Positions 43,532 through 57,000 of a stretch of 64,000 nucleotides of DNA are shown here, piece by piece (position 1 is the first letter of the stretch; each line of letters begins with the position of its first letter). This DNA is from Catajapyx aquilonaris (lineage: Eukaryota): NCBI GenBank assembly GCA_000934665.2, contig KZ538056.1, positions 62,001 to 126,000 on the forward strand, read 5' to 3'. The notes under the pieces were generated by a model. That model saw only the letters and a list, made by a program, of their open reading frames with translations. It did not search any database and had not been told where the DNA came from. A program made the position numbers and the translations under genes.

Positions 43532-44936
43532 TCCCCCCTTCTCTGGAGGTACAACATCCCCCCTTCTCAGAAGGCCAAACATCCATTCGTACAGGAGGCC
43601 TCACAAATCGTCCCGAACGAGTCCGGTAGGTGTAGGTAGGTCTGAGCTCCTCTGGAGTCTGCTGGTCACTTAAAGTGCGAACCCCACGACGGCGATCGTA
43701 TTCCATCTTCCGCCTCTTGCGGAACCTCTCTTCCCTCCTGCGCAAACTGAGGTTGATGGGCGTCTCGTTGATTCTCTTGACCAACATCAGAGCTTGTATG
43801 GCTGGTTTTCCCAATAGAGGTGTCTCCAGTCCTCTAACAACGTACGCATTTTCCACTGTGGCTGCTGCTTTACCCACCATGCGAACTTGTATCATGCCGA
43901 GTACATGGAGTCCTCGACGGTCAGGTCCACAGAGATGCTTCCGCGGAGCAAGAAGCGGAAGGGCTTTGAAATGTTCCCTGTAGCAACTCTCTGGTAGAGC
44001 CGTGGCATCGGCCCCAGTATCAATCTTGAAACGGACAAGTGACTTGTGGACTCGAAGAGTCACGTGCCAATCCGTGCAATCATGTGCAGAGTCTACAACT
44101 GCACCCAAGAAGTCGGAGTCAGTCTCCTCAATTTCTTGAATCTGATTTCTATCGCGGCAAACGCGAGCATAGTGTCCTTTCTTTTGACATTTCTTACACG
44201 TCGCTTGACGAGCAGGACAGTTCTCCTTGCCATGCAAACTCTGGCTTCCACACCAAAAACAAGAACATTGTTGACCTTTCTCTGTCGTAACATCACCCTG
44301 GCGACGAGGTGTAAAATGTTTCTTTTTCTGTGCTGCCAATTGTTTATGCTGTTTAGGAATGCTAACTCGATCAATATTCGGAGTGCTATCCATGCCCCTA
44401 TTCAACTGCAACTGTTGCCTCTTGATTTCTTCCGACTGGCGAGCCCTGTCCATGGCTTTTTTAAGAGTTAGGTTGGCATCTAACTGCAACTGTTCTGATA
44501 GCCTCCTATCTCTAAGACCCACAACGAGTCGGTCTCTTATCATTTCATCGTGAAGAGCCGCATAGCCGCAATGCTCGGCTAGGGCGTGAAGGGCTGTGAT
44601 GAATTCATCTACTGACTCAGTATCCCTCTGAACTCGGCTATTGAATCGAGCTCTCTCAAAAATGACATTCCGTCCAATCACAAAATGACCTTCGAATTTG
44701 GCCAAGACCGTATCAAAGTCTTTCAGCTGATCAGTAGTGAGCCCGAATGACAGTAATATGTCATCTGCTGCATTCCCCATGGAGTAAATCAATGTGTTTA
44801 CCTGCTCCTCTCCCGTCTTCTGATGAAGACCTGCGGCGAGTCGGAACCGTTCAAAACGTCGGCGCCACCTTGGCCACTCCGACGGTGCAGAAAATGCGAA
44901 GGCCTCTGGGGGAGGAACTTGATAATAGGCTGCCAT
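43500..44936 (-). CDS. Gag-aspartic protease ORF fused to the pol/integrase C-terminal tail (~478 aa)
   Basis: EWPRWRRRFERF...ERARFNSRVQRDTESVDEFITAL...IRDRLVVGL (Gypsy capsid), two CCHC knuckles CFWCGSQSLHGKENC and CKKCQKKGHYARVC, protease FKIDTGAD...LLG, tail RTRSGRFVRPPVRMD. First ATG at 44936. Confidence 0.9.
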   Translation of the reverse strand: MAAYYQVPPPEAFAFSAPSEWPRWRRRFERFRLAAGLHQKTGEEQVNTLIYSMGNAADDILLSFGLTTDQLKDFDTVLAKFEGHFVIGRNVIFERARFNSRVQRDTESVDEFITALHALAEHCGYAALHDEMIRDRLVVGLRDRRLSEQLQLDANLTLKKAMDRARQSEEIKRQQLQLNRGMDSTPNIDRVSIPKQHKQLAAQKKKHFTPRRQGDVTTEKGQQCSCFWCGSQSLHGKENCPARQATCKKCQKKGHYARVCRDRNQIQEIEETDSDFLGAVVDSAHDCTDWHVTLRVHKSLVRFKIDTGADATALPESCYREHFKALPLLAPRKHLCGPDRRGLHVLGMIQVRMVGKAAATVENAYVVRGLETPLLGKPAIQALMLVKRINETPINLSLRRREERFRKRRKMEYDRRRGVRTLSDQQTPEELRPTYTYRTRSGRFVRPPVRMDVWPSEKGGCCTSREGGMLYPCYVSML

Positions 44937-45090
44937 ATTCAAAATGCCTGGAACTCCAGCAACTCCAGCAACAGGATTTGCACTGTCCCCCGCCAGTCAA
45001 CTTGCAACTTCAACGTCTAATGGAGCGAAGTCCCCGTGACGTTACTCACGATGACCCGGAAACCTTGTACCACTTGTACCGCTGCCACCA

Positions 45091-45202
45091 TGTTGTGTTA
45101 TGGGGGAGCTACTCAAAAGACTCGACTTGTCTTTGGAATGTCATCTAACAACTTTACTAACAAACACTACCATGGATACATGGATACATGGATACTACAA
45201 CA
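45091..45202 (-). repeat. 5' LTR (112 bp)
   Basis: Immediately followed on the minus strand by the tRNA-Leu PBS. Confidence 0.9.
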
Positions 45203-45702
45203 GCAGCGCATGCATTGCCGTTCAGACAGCGCACGAGGTCATTATCCGAAAAGCCAACCTGTTCGTGACCTTGCCAGGCGCTTATGTCCTTGTGGCCGAA
45301 TATTACTCAACAGTGGGAGCTACTGTTTAAAACATTTTATAATACGCTTTATAAGCGGTAGTTATTAAAAGGGTAAATATTTTTATTATGTAATTCTGTA
45401 TTGACAGAATAGGCACCCTTTTATCATTCGTATGCGCCCCTGCCTACGATCCAAGATGGTGGCCGCCCAACTTTTACTTTGGTCCTGAAAAAAAAACTAA
45501 CAATACCGGTTGCCATACCGGTTTATAGCTGGTATTAACAATTTTCTCGAGACCTTTTGTTACAATGCCCTGTTCTGATTACCGGGGCAACTGCGATTGG
45601 CCCGCATCGGAGTGACCCCCCGCTGACCTCTTCAAAATAGTGGGAAGGTGTCGGAGGGAGGTCAATATTGGGAGCAAAGATATATAATCGAAATTCTTGA
45701 AA

Positions 45703-47562
45703 ATGGTGGTGGGAACGATGCCCTCGCAAACAGCGAGGAATAACAGCAACGGGAACATTGCAGACACCTTCTGGTGCAAGTACATCCTCTCCGTAGTGGC
45801 AGCCACCGTCGCAGAGCTCGGTGAGGATCACTCTTTTAATACTTGGATCAGTGAAAGGGGAGCTGCTGTCGAAAGCAATACTAAGCTTATTTTGTTACTC
45901 TTACTAGTCTTACGAAGTTGTATGGAAATAAGTACCTTAAGGGTCTTACTCTGAAAACACAGGTAACTTACCCATTGTAAGATATCTAAACTGTTCAGGT
46001 ACACATCGTATAACCCTACGTGTAAGTTGCTGCCACTATCCCCTGATCATGCACATACTTGCTATTGGATGTGAACTGCACAGTTCCCCTTACATTGCAT
46101 TTATGTACCTTGCATAAATTATTAGTAGCGGTGCTCTAATGTGCTCACTTTTTACAGCGACTTACCCATTGGACCTGACCAAGACTCGCCTCCAGGTGCA
46201 AGGGGAAAGAGGGCTTAATGGCAAGAATAATGTGCACCGTCGTGGCATGGTTGGAACAGCAGTAGGCATAATCAGAGAAGAAGGGGTCCTCCGCTTATGG
46301 CAGGGAATCACTCCAGCCATCTACCGGCACCTCATATACACTGGGATTCGGATGGAAACTTATGAGCAGCTTAGAGAAAAGGTTCTGAAAAAGAGCCCAG
46401 ACGGGTCATATTCTATATGGAAGTCAGCCATTGGTGGCCTGACTGCAGGAGCTGTGGGTCAGTTGGCAGCTAGTCCAGCAGATCTGGTTAAAGTACAACT
46501 TCAGATGGAAGGGAGGCGAAGGCTGGAAGGTAAGGAGCCAAGAGCCACTGGCACTCATCAGGCTTTTAAGAAGATACTGAAAGAAGGTGGCGTTAAGGGT
46601 TTGTGGAAGGGGTGGGCTCCAAATGTACAGAGAGCTGCACTGGTGAATTTGGGTGATCTCACAACATATGACACTGCCAAGCAGCTCATCCTTGCCAACA
46701 CCAACCTGAAGGATGACCATTTCACACACACATTATCAAGGTGAGCTTAATGGGCAACAAGGAAAGGATTTTTGGTAATTTCTTGTGCAGTTTTTTCTTG
46801 AACTAACAGCTGCACTGTGCATTCATGGGCTGCAGTATACTGTGAATGTAGCCAGCAATTTTTTATATATTGCATGACCAGCATTCTTTAGACCCCTTTA
46901 TTAGCTGAATAATGTTAATGTCACTATACCATGCTAAGAGTTAATATGAGATAATTGCAAGTAGTATGTGTTAAATCTCATTTTTTTCTACTGCAGCAAA
47001 CTCTTCCTAGTCCCTTGAATAATCTCCTGGCGTGTAATAAAGATTAACTTGGTACAGGTCATGTGTTTTAACCAAGAATCAGTATGGCAGTGTCTGGTTT
47101 TACCTTGGGTTTTACATATTTCATTCTGTAGTGGTGGTGTATGTAAGTAAAATAACTACAAATAAGTGTCATGTATGGTTCAAAAAATCATTTTAACAAA
47201 ATAATCATGATTTTGACAGCATAAATGATTCCCTACTGAAAAAGTTCTCTGGTCCAAAGTGTAGTTATATTAAATTGATGTTGCTACTTTCTAGCGGGTG
47301 TGCAGGACTTGTGGCAGCCACAATGGGCACTCCTGCAGATGTGGTAAAGACCAGGGTGATGAATCAGCCTACAGACAAACATGGCCGTGGGATGCTGTAC
47401 CGATCCTCTGTGGACTGCCTCATGAAGACCATCAATCAGGAAGGCTTCTGGGCCCTGTACAAAGGGTTTCTGCCCACATGGATAAGGATGGCCCCATGGT
47501 CCCTCACCTTCTGGCTCAGCTTCGAACACATACGAAGACTAGTTGGAGCTGCATCCTTCTGA
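45703..47562 (+). CDS. UCP4: Mitochondrial uncoupling protein 4 (SLC25A27/Ucp4A-like), 322 aa
   Basis: Exons 45703-45820, 46158-46740, 47295-47562 (969 nt). Three carrier signatures [36 protein letters not shown]4-type [45 protein letters not shown]. Alternative ATG at 45718. Confidence 0.95.
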
Positions 47563-48343
47563 GTAAGCATATGTGTCTAGTGGTCAGCCCTGACTATGCA
47601 ATGCCACATGTGCAAGTGAATGATAATTATTTATATCTCCTTGATGTGAATTCTTCATTGGTCAGGACTAAGGAGACCACCCGCTTAGGTTTCCCCAGCA
47701 GTGTCTTGAAAGCCCATGCTCTCTCCCTGTCCTCCCCCCTTTTGTCTGTCTTCCCTCTCTCTTTGCCCTTACTTTTTGGCATTAATTGCAGTGCATCTTC
47801 CAAACCCCCTCTCACCTAATTAGTCTAATGACAGCCATTGTATGGAAATGATACCTTCCAAGATCATTTTCATAATGGTCCTCAATAATTTGCATCGAAG
47901 GGTGTCCTTAAGCAGAAATGAAAATCAAACTCCTTGTCCTGTGTCTTCTGCAGCTGCTTGAAACTTTAAAAATTGCACTTGTACTAGGTTATCTTATAGG
48001 ATCAAATGGAAACTGTAAAGGTGTGTTCCAATCTTACTAGAATGGGGTCGTAGCCTTGGCCTGGGATTTTGGTAATTTGTACACGAATAGCTCAACGATA
48101 CATATAAACATGCATTCCACCACTTTTCAGCACCAAAATGTCATTCCTTGATAAAGTATCGGGGGTTTCAAAGTCTCTCACAAATTGGCTGGAAAAACAG
48201 GGTGTGGCTTCTGACCCACGGGACGTCAGCAGGCCATTGCCTCGCCCTCATACGATTAGGCTGATATACTGGCGGTCCTATATGATTAGGATTTACTTGT
48301 GATCGTTCGATTCTGTAATTGGGCAACAAACAAAGGAACAAAG

Positions 48344-48435
48344 CAACCCAGGTGCATTCCTGCCTCTGCATGGTGGGAAAAACGGGGGCGTGGCCGTTGT
48401 TAGGCAACCCAAGTGCATTCCTGCCTCTGCATGGT
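48344..48435 (+). repeat. 31-bp direct repeat, 2 copies
   Basis: caacccaggtgcattcctgcctctgcatggt and caacccaagtgcattcctgcctctgcatggt. Confidence 0.85.
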
Positions 48436-51080
48436 TATTTTTTTGACCTGAGTGACGTCAGAGGGCAATACCGTATAATTATTATGATCTTAGATCAATC
48501 ATAGCTCGAAAACTAATATTTATTTCTTCAAACAAAAAACACCAAAATTCATTTAAAAATAAGGACGATTTTTTACATGGGTTTGTGAAATGTAGGCTAG
48601 GACCCTATTGGTCTTACCAAAATGTGAGCTAGAGCAAGAAGCGAATTCTAAAACCCCATTTGTCTTTTGACTTTTTGCTTCTCCAAAAAAGTATTGAATT
48701 TGCTCCAAAACTTTTCTTCTTGCAAACTTTGGAGCTCACCACCTTATGTTATGATGCAATAGGAGAAAAGTCCTATCAAAATCCCCTATCCCCAAAGAGA
48801 CAAAAAGTTGCAAGATATATTTAAATTACAGTTGAATCCAGATATAACTGCCTCAGCTATAACTAGAGTCCAGATTTTTAGGCGCGAAAAACCCCGGAAA
48901 TAGGCACGAAAAAAACCTCAAATAAGCCCAAAAATTCTTTGGGTGTATGGAAGGTAATGTTACAGAAAATCAAAAGAGAGAGACAAATTTTATTGGCCTC
49001 AATATCAATATAAGGTCACAAATCAAAGTAAAAACCGAATAACAACGATAAACTTACAGAAAATCACAAAACTTGGGCAAAAGACAAAGTAACACTTGCT
49101 CTGGACTCTACCACTTTTAGCCAGTTTCCACTTGCACTGTGTGTTTACAAATATTTTTCTAGATTTTTAATAGATTTGATAGATTCTATAATTTATCAAG
49201 TAATGACATATTGGTGCCGAAAAGTGGTGGAATGCATGTTTATATGTATGGTGGAGCTATTCATGTACAAATTACCCACACAAATCCCAGAACCAAGGCT
49301 AGGACTCCATTATTATTTTGACATCATTTTTTATAGCATACAAACTGATTGTTCATTCAGTCAGATGATTAGGCTGATCACCAGTAAAAATTCAGTAGGA
49401 TGCAGGAGTGTTTGGTGAGTTATTTGACATCCTTAAAATGAACATGATTAGAAGTCAAGTTTTTCTATCTTAAGAGATACCATTATGTAAAGCTACATAA
49501 GCATTGCTGTTGTTTTTATTTATTGCAGTTAGTTAATTTTTATTGGGAAAATCTTTTTTTTGTGGTTTTAGGACCATTCTGGCCTAGACCTGTAGCTACA
49601 ATGGTGGGTGGAAATTTTTATAATGTAATTATCATTTATATTATATAAAACTACGCAAGAAAATAATTTACAGCACATTTTCCCCATCAAAAATATTTTA
49701 CAAACTGAAATTAAGCCCCTATTAATCCCAGTTGCAAGTTGAAAGGGGACTTGTATTGAAAAATGTCCCTATTGAACCCACCTTTGGGGTGAATAGTGAC
49801 AGGCATTTAAGAATATACTGTATACTGCGTATGCTGCATGTTTACAGAGAGATAAAAATTGGTGTGTGCTATGGCAGCCTTAGGCCGAAGGATCTAAGAA
49901 AATAAAAGTAATATTAAAAATTTCATGCAATAACAGCATACAAAACTAAAAATATGTGTCCCTATTCACCCAATTTTATGGTACACCAGATTTTAGAAGT
50001 TGCTTTCCACTTCAGCATTGCATTTATTCGCTGCAGTTGTTTATCTTTCGATCATAACAAGGCATGTGGCATTGCATCATCAACAGCATGAGTTTTCATC
50101 TCATAGTCTGTATGGAATTTAGGAAATGTCATTGTTCTACTTGCAGGTGCTGCTAGAAGACATAGGCATGTGAGTGCACTAGGTACAGGGAAATAATACT
50201 AGTCGCTAATTTCCTGTCAAGACAATAACAAAATGGGTATGAGTTTTTGTTGTCTGTAGAACAATGTGTCACATTTTTTTAAATACTCAAAAGGTGTAGG
50301 GTGTTGGTTGGACGTGTTGGTGTTAATGGGCTGGGGGGGGAAAAAAATGAGGGTGTTGGATTGGGTGCACAGCCAAAAAAGACGGTGTTGCCCACTGTAG
50401 TTTATATGTAGTTTTATATGTATTTGTTGTACAGTGAGAAAAAGATATCCTATTTTAATGACAACAGTATGTACCTTCCTTTTATTTCTCTGTGAGGAAT
50501 GTAACGTCTGAGAAAAAAATATGCAGAAGCCAAAAATGTAGCCACTGGTGTGGCACCACTCGATCTGCAAACATGTAAACAGCAACAAAAAAAACTTCCC
50601 TTGGAAATTATCAGTATTAATGACGATAACAACTATTGCCTCCCGTGTGTACCTCCTGCATGTTAATCCTTCTGATCATCTGAGGTTATTTTTGGTAACG
50701 TTCCTACATTGTGCCACCTGTGAAAAAGAGACGTTTTGTAACACTTTGTAGATTCTACTGATAAATGAATTGGGAGCAAGAAGAATAATAAAAAAAAGGA
50801 AATTATGTGAAGACATTACAATGATTGCAATCTGGCGTAATTTATTGGTGTGGCGGGAGGCCTCTATGTCCTTCAGGGGTGCCAGGTGAACGAGGCAGGG
50901 TTGCCAGAACAGGAATAGGAATGCACCTGCGAGTCGCAAGATGGTGTCTGTCGCGCGGTCAGGATGAGTCGGGCAGGGAGCGGTACAGAGGGGGTCTTGC
51001 GGAACGGGGAAGGTCACGGGGTGGTAAGGTGCCCGTCGTCGTGCCTGGATAGGCGGAGGGGAGCGCAGCAGCAGAGGGAG

Positions 51081-54000
51081 ATGGACGAGGAAGAAGGTTG
51101 GTCCAGCAGCAGCGGGTCCTGCAGCATCGGCAGGCGAAGCAGCAGTGATAGCAGCAGTATGGGGGTTGCGACTGGAAACAGCTGCGAGGAAGAGGACGAA
51201 GAAGAGGAGGACAACGTAGGGAAAGTGAACGAAGTGGAAGAGTTTGTGTCCCAACCCGGGGTGCAGAAGCCGATGCCCAGGACTCCCGGGAGCATCTTGG
51301 CTGCCTACCGCAATGGTGAGTAGAAAAATAGACACGACTATGTACAGTCGACTATAGGCTGCAATGGTCAAAGAACCTGTTGCCGTAAAGGTACGGAGTG
51401 ATTAGAACGGTGACATTTCAATAGCCTTGGCTGGACCAGTTCAGTGCTCGTAAAAACCTCGTGCAGATGACCTACTCTCGATAATTTCAACGACTCGATC
51501 ACCGTAATTACCAACCAAACTGTACGACGTGGCTGACATGGACTTTGGCACGTCGTATCCATACGGGGCATATTTTGCGACCTCAGCTGTTGACCTCGTT
51601 TGCATCATGGCGAATACCCGTTGATGCATCGTGGTCCAAAGGTCAATTTGTGTGACGAGGAAGTCGGCGTGAAACCACTATCCAATTGTCATGCATGTCG
51701 TCAAGGTTGTCCAAGAGGAATGGAATGTAACAGAAAAGGGCGTGTGTCTTTTGGCAGCTGAACCTTCCTTTGTGGATGTTTTTTTGGACGGCTGGAGAGC
51801 GCAAGTGGGTAAAGGCTAGAGTGAATGACTCTGCTGATAGTTTCGGTTGAGCGCCACGATGCAACCGAGGTGTCATCCCGATACACCCACCGGCAGGTCT
51901 GCAGCCATATGAGATTTACGTGCTTTGGAAGGGGGGGTTCATGCTGTTTTTTGGGAGTGCTTGGAAGTGCGGCTGGCTGCCTCAAGGCCGACGACTGACG
52001 GACCAGGTTCCTCAACCTTCCTGCCCACCGCCTGTTGCCCTCCCCGTCCCACCTGCCGTCACAATCTCACCTGGAGGCTCAGGTGGGCGGGGAGAGGAAT
52101 GCAGTGTGGCGGATGGTTCTCCACTCTCTGGTAGAGGAGGAGGAGGGTGGGAGCAGAAGAGTTTGCAGCATCACAGAGTACGTGCTGGCCTAGCAGCCTC
52201 CTGCGTGCCCCGGTGTCAAGAAAGAAGAAGATGCCCTCGGGAGCCAAAGGATGGCCTCTCACCGCGAGCTGGCCTTCGAGTGGTCCATGCTCTGCCACGA
52301 CTGCCTCGACTGTTGGTCACAGAGCGGTGGGTCACGCGCCATATCTTTTCTTGTGGGGTCACAACTCCAATCGACCGTTAACTCCATTATACCGTACGTG
52401 TGTGCAATCGTGTGTGTCCCTCTACATATTGCCGGTCATTTTCGGGGTCCGAGTGCGCGTGCAATTGAATGGGGGCATTGAATGAGCCGTACGTGATTGG
52501 CTCCTTTCACTGGGAAAGCCACCTGTTGCCTCGGTGCGTGAAATTTTCGGGGCGCCATTTCATTTTGGGCTCCATCAGACTCCTTTCGGAACTGGTTGTA
52601 AACTGGAGCAGGTCTTGCAGGAAGCGCGTGTAGGCGGAAGGAAAAGGGTCCCCAGCCTTGAAAGCACTTGTTGTTGTCGTTGCTCTTGTTTACACACACC
52701 ACTATTTCGGGTAGGAGTGGCCCATACGAAGGGTCCCACAGAGCGGCAACATGTTGCCTGCAGCTGAGCCGGAAAATTGGCATCGTGGGTCGGCTGAGAA
52801 GGAACGTGGCCTGGTAATCATGGGCCGGGTCCTCCTCAAAGAAGGCTCCTGCTGCCTCCCCCAGTGGGACTAGAAGTGCCGTGGCTGGTTGCGGTTCATT
52901 CACTCGCTGGCACTTGATGGACTCGGCTGGATGGGACATTGCTGTCAATGGACCGGAAGTTGTGGGCCGAGGTGGGGTCGGGTCGGGTTGGGTCGGAGGA
53001 TGACCCTCAGCCGGACCCTTGTTCCCATCAGTGTGACCCTGCTTCCGGATGCGTCCTGCAAGGTAGGCACATACCGCCACACCTGTCGGGACAGGTGGCA
53101 GGTTCATCAGAGGGCAGCCGCTGCTCCTAAAAGTGAAACGTGCCCTCTGACCCAGCCCGTGTGAACATATCAACTTTCACCTGTGCGTATCCGTTTGCGA
53201 TCAAAAATAGCGACCGATTGTTGGGACGAAACGCATGTGATGAGAAGGGGGCGGCTCTCATCATGACACTGACCTTTTCCCATGCATAATTCTTTCTCAA
53301 GACCGAGCACGCATCCAGCCCCGTAGTTATGAGAGTTTTTTTTAAATATAGGCACCGTGTCAGTGTCCAGAAAATAAGGCGCGACCAGAAGACGGGAATG
53401 TTGAAGCAAACAATGCTGTGAGAAGAAGCGCCTCATTTTTCTACCGTTCCCGGAAAATGCTGTAATAAAAATAATGATCCTGCGGAGTAATTGCAGCATG
53501 ACTTTGTGTTCCTCATATATAAAAAAGCGGCGGAGTCGTGCGCGTCCGTCACTGATGGCATTTCACAACCCTTGCCATTATTACATGGCCAGCTCCTCGA
53601 TCAGACGTCTAGAGGTTGGAAAGAGAAAGAGCTTGTAAACCACTCCTAAATGTATACGGTCGAGTGGTTGGAACACTTGCCCTTTTCACCAGCCGACTCG
53701 TACTTGTCGATCCGATCAGTCGAGGAGTGACGGATCAAGCGGTGCATCACAGGATAATGGTTAATAAATTGAGGATGTAAAACGGTCCGCACTTTCTATA
53801 CCGGATTATCAGGAGTCGCGCCGGGTCCATAACACCGGGCCCAGAACTTTTTCCTTCGCTCTAGATTCGGGGGAGGTCTGCGGCCAGGTCTTGTCTGCTG
53901 TTAAGATGATGCATGTGGGTCACTGGGTGGGGCACTGACTGCAAAACTACCCTTCTATTCTTTCTCCTATTCCGAGTCAACTGTCCGTCCCGCCTCTTTC

Positions 54001-57000
54001 TCACCTGTTCCTCTTCCCAGGTGGGGGAGGCGGTTCACAATCAACAGTATATGGGAAAAAAGGTGGCGGAAGCAGCAACCCCATTCTCCGCCTTCCTGCA
54101 CCATTTGAATCCCTTCCTTCCTTCCGTCTCCTCCTCCTGTATTATTCCGAGACTGGTCTGTGCTGACTGCCAGAAGCTATTCCGCTTTTTTGCATTCAAG
54201 CCCTTGCAGTTATGGAGTACTGGGACTATTTCGTGGAGCTGCAGTGTTTGCAGGGGCCTCAAGGTATACCGCTAAAATTGCCATCATTATATACGGTTCT
54301 ATAGACGAACCATTAATTATTTCCTTCCTACTATCTTTTCTTCTGCACCGGTTTTTTTTAAGGGAGCTATTCGAGTGTCGATCATATGCATTTGAAAAAT
54401 AACCAGTTTCTCTCCGAAAATAACGGATCGTGCCACGGTTATTAGTGGTGTTTCGGAATCAGAAATGTCGATCACACGAAAACATTTTTTTGACTTCCTG
54501 TTTCTCTGGTTCAGTTGATTGGATTTCACACGTTAAGTTGCGTTCATTGGCATGCACAAACTCTGTTGGGGTCTCAGAAGAATAGCGTGGCTTTTTACCC
54601 ACAAAATCAATTGGGCGGATCTGTGCTTGATGTATGTAGTAAACGTTGAATTTTTATGAGGGCTTACACGTTTCTGTATAGTTTAGATTTCGCTTTCGAG
54701 TCGCCGTATAATTTTGTGGGGTAAATGCGCAACTGGATTTTTTTTTTGCTCTGTAATAAGGCTCAATTACGACAAGTATAATACAGGGACAGAATAACTA
54801 TTGTAGGAGACTTTAAGACGGTCACATGTGACATATTGCTGCATTGTTGTGTCGCTTCAGTTGCATTGGGTGTCCTAGTGTTATGGTTTATTTATTCATT
54901 TATCCTCGAAACATCCTCAGTGCAAAGAGGCCTCGCAGTGAAAAGTTTCGAGCACGTATTCCAGTTTTTCTTTTCTTTTTTATCCCAGTAGATCAGAGCC
55001 GGCTGTTACGAAACCTTTGCTTCATCTCAGGGCTGCATTTACCAACCGTTTTTTATCGTGACTTTGCAGAACTTTTCATACAGTTGTGAAGCTTATTTGC
55101 GAGATTTCTGATGGACCTGACGTAGGATTAAATGTACTGCGACAGAGCAAGAGGAAACGGAGGGATTGTTTTATTGCAGAAGGAAAATGTATGAAGGGTT
55201 TCTAAATTTTGTGCGCAGATTGGATGATGCAAGCAAATCATTTCTTATGGGTTCTTCAATTTCTTAATTTACAGGGGCATCTTCTTGCCTTCATCCGCTC
55301 TTGGAGTTTCCCCTAGATTCACCTTGGAAAATATCTGATATTTTAATTCGTGACATGCCAATTATCATGTTTAGGTGTATCTTTTGTAATGTATACGATA
55401 GTTTTTGTGTGTAGCTACCAATTGCACACCACATAATGTACAAAAGTTTCAAAAGTACAACGCTAGCTTGCAGGCTGTCACATGAATGATCATTGCGGCG
55501 GCCATATTTTGTACGAATAATAAGGCCAATCCCATTTGTCTTGGCGGCGTTACGGAAGGTAGAGTTACTTCACTTTCCGCAATGCTTTGCATTTCTTATG
55601 TTACGTGAGCATGTACAAGCAGCGTATCATCAACTCCACCGTAATTATCATGTGGTTTTAAATAGGGACACTTTTAATCGTATAATTATGTGTTGTGCAA
55701 TCAAATTTTCCTCGAAGGACAATTATTGGGCAACTCTCTGCAATGGTCTGCACTGTACTGCACAATTTCTCATGCTGACTCCATGGGAAGGTTGTCCGAT
55801 TGCATCCGCACAATCGTTTGTCATGCACTATTGCAATGCATTATTTTTCCATCGTAATATGTGTGTCAGGCTTTGCGATACGTGAACTACAGCTTGCAAT
55901 TGATTTCCACAATCTGACTGGACATAATTTTATGTGGTATACAAGGTGGCCTGATTCATTCAGATTCCCTCCACAAAGTGGACCTGCATGATTGAAAGTG
56001 TGGGAGGAAAAGGGGCTGTAAATCCAGTGTAGCCTATAGCCATCACACTCGACAGATATGTTCACGTGGACTAGAAGGGAAAAGTAGAAGGGGAGGTCCG
56101 AAAAACCTGAGTCCAGATAAGCTCGAAACGTTTCCGGTCAATGTACGAAAGTGGTGTAGACTACACACGATCTGCACCCAGTTGACTTGTATCACATCAT
56201 TTCTCCTTGTGTAATTGGCAGTTCGCATGGACTTTTTCTCCCTCTCTATTTTTTTTTCGACTATCTTTTTAGTCTCCCATGCTCGATGAAAGTATTATAC
56301 CTATGCTTCTCTGCCTTGTTGCACTCCAGCTACCCTTTACCTTCTGGTAAGACATCCACCTCGCTCGCCGTCTGTTCCACTTCACACACCTTTCCTTCGC
56401 ACCCCCCTTTTTTGTGCCTTTCAATTCGGATATACTCGAGTTATCTCGCTCATCTGGCACTTCACCGAACAACCATGCTTTTCTGGGGGGGGGCTAATTA
56501 AACGCAGGCGGGGGTCAATGAAGCCATTCTCTCAAGAAACAAAACGTGGGGCATTGCCTACGTGGAGAAACAAGCAAATGAACGCTTCGGGATCTTCTTC
56601 TCTTTTTTTTTTTTTGGTTAATTGCTGGAGTAGGTTTCTGGTGCGCATCAGCCCTTAGCACTGGATTAATGGAAATCGAGGTATTGTTTCGCTCCTAGGA
56701 ACTAGGGTGTTGCTTTCGTATTTGACAGTTCTGGCGAATTGCGTGCACAGGATGGTTTCGGGGATGTCACTTTTATTTTGGGGGATTATGTCGTTTCCGC
56801 TTTGCTGTGTAAGCCTGACATCCTTGATGGCAGATCTTGCCGGATGATTCACTTCATTTTCTCTCGTCTGTCTGAGGATCTAGCGTTTCAATCTTCCTGT
56901 ATCACGCGTACGTGTCACTATAATGCCAAGTTATAGCATCTGCATCATTGTTATGAGGAGCGTGTGTGTAATAATTCCAGGCTTTTCTGAGATTATTCGC

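Larger units (their letters stand above)
43404..45202 (-). mobile_element. Non-autonomous Ty3/Gypsy (Mag-like) LTR retroelement, 1.8 kb, Gag-protease only
   Basis: Direct repeats TGTTG...CAACA at 43404-43531 and 45091-45202; 5-bp TSD GCAGC (43399-43403, 45203-45207); PBS TGGTGGCAGCGGT (45090-45078) complementary to the tRNA-Leu 3' end; PPT GAGAAGGGGGGA next to the 3' LTR; no RT, RNase H or integrase core. Confidence 0.93.

Noticed and set aside
48460..49990. Single large DNA transposon between UCP4 and CDR2
   Set aside because: Only isolated pogo-like end fragments (e.g. CAGTTGAATCC near 48829, CCCAATTTTATGGTA near 49969); I could not pair termini or find a TSD.
50676..53173. Long minus-strand ORFs (231 aa, 245 aa)
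   Set aside because: Antisense shadows of GC-rich CDR2 exons and promoter regions; no domains recognised.
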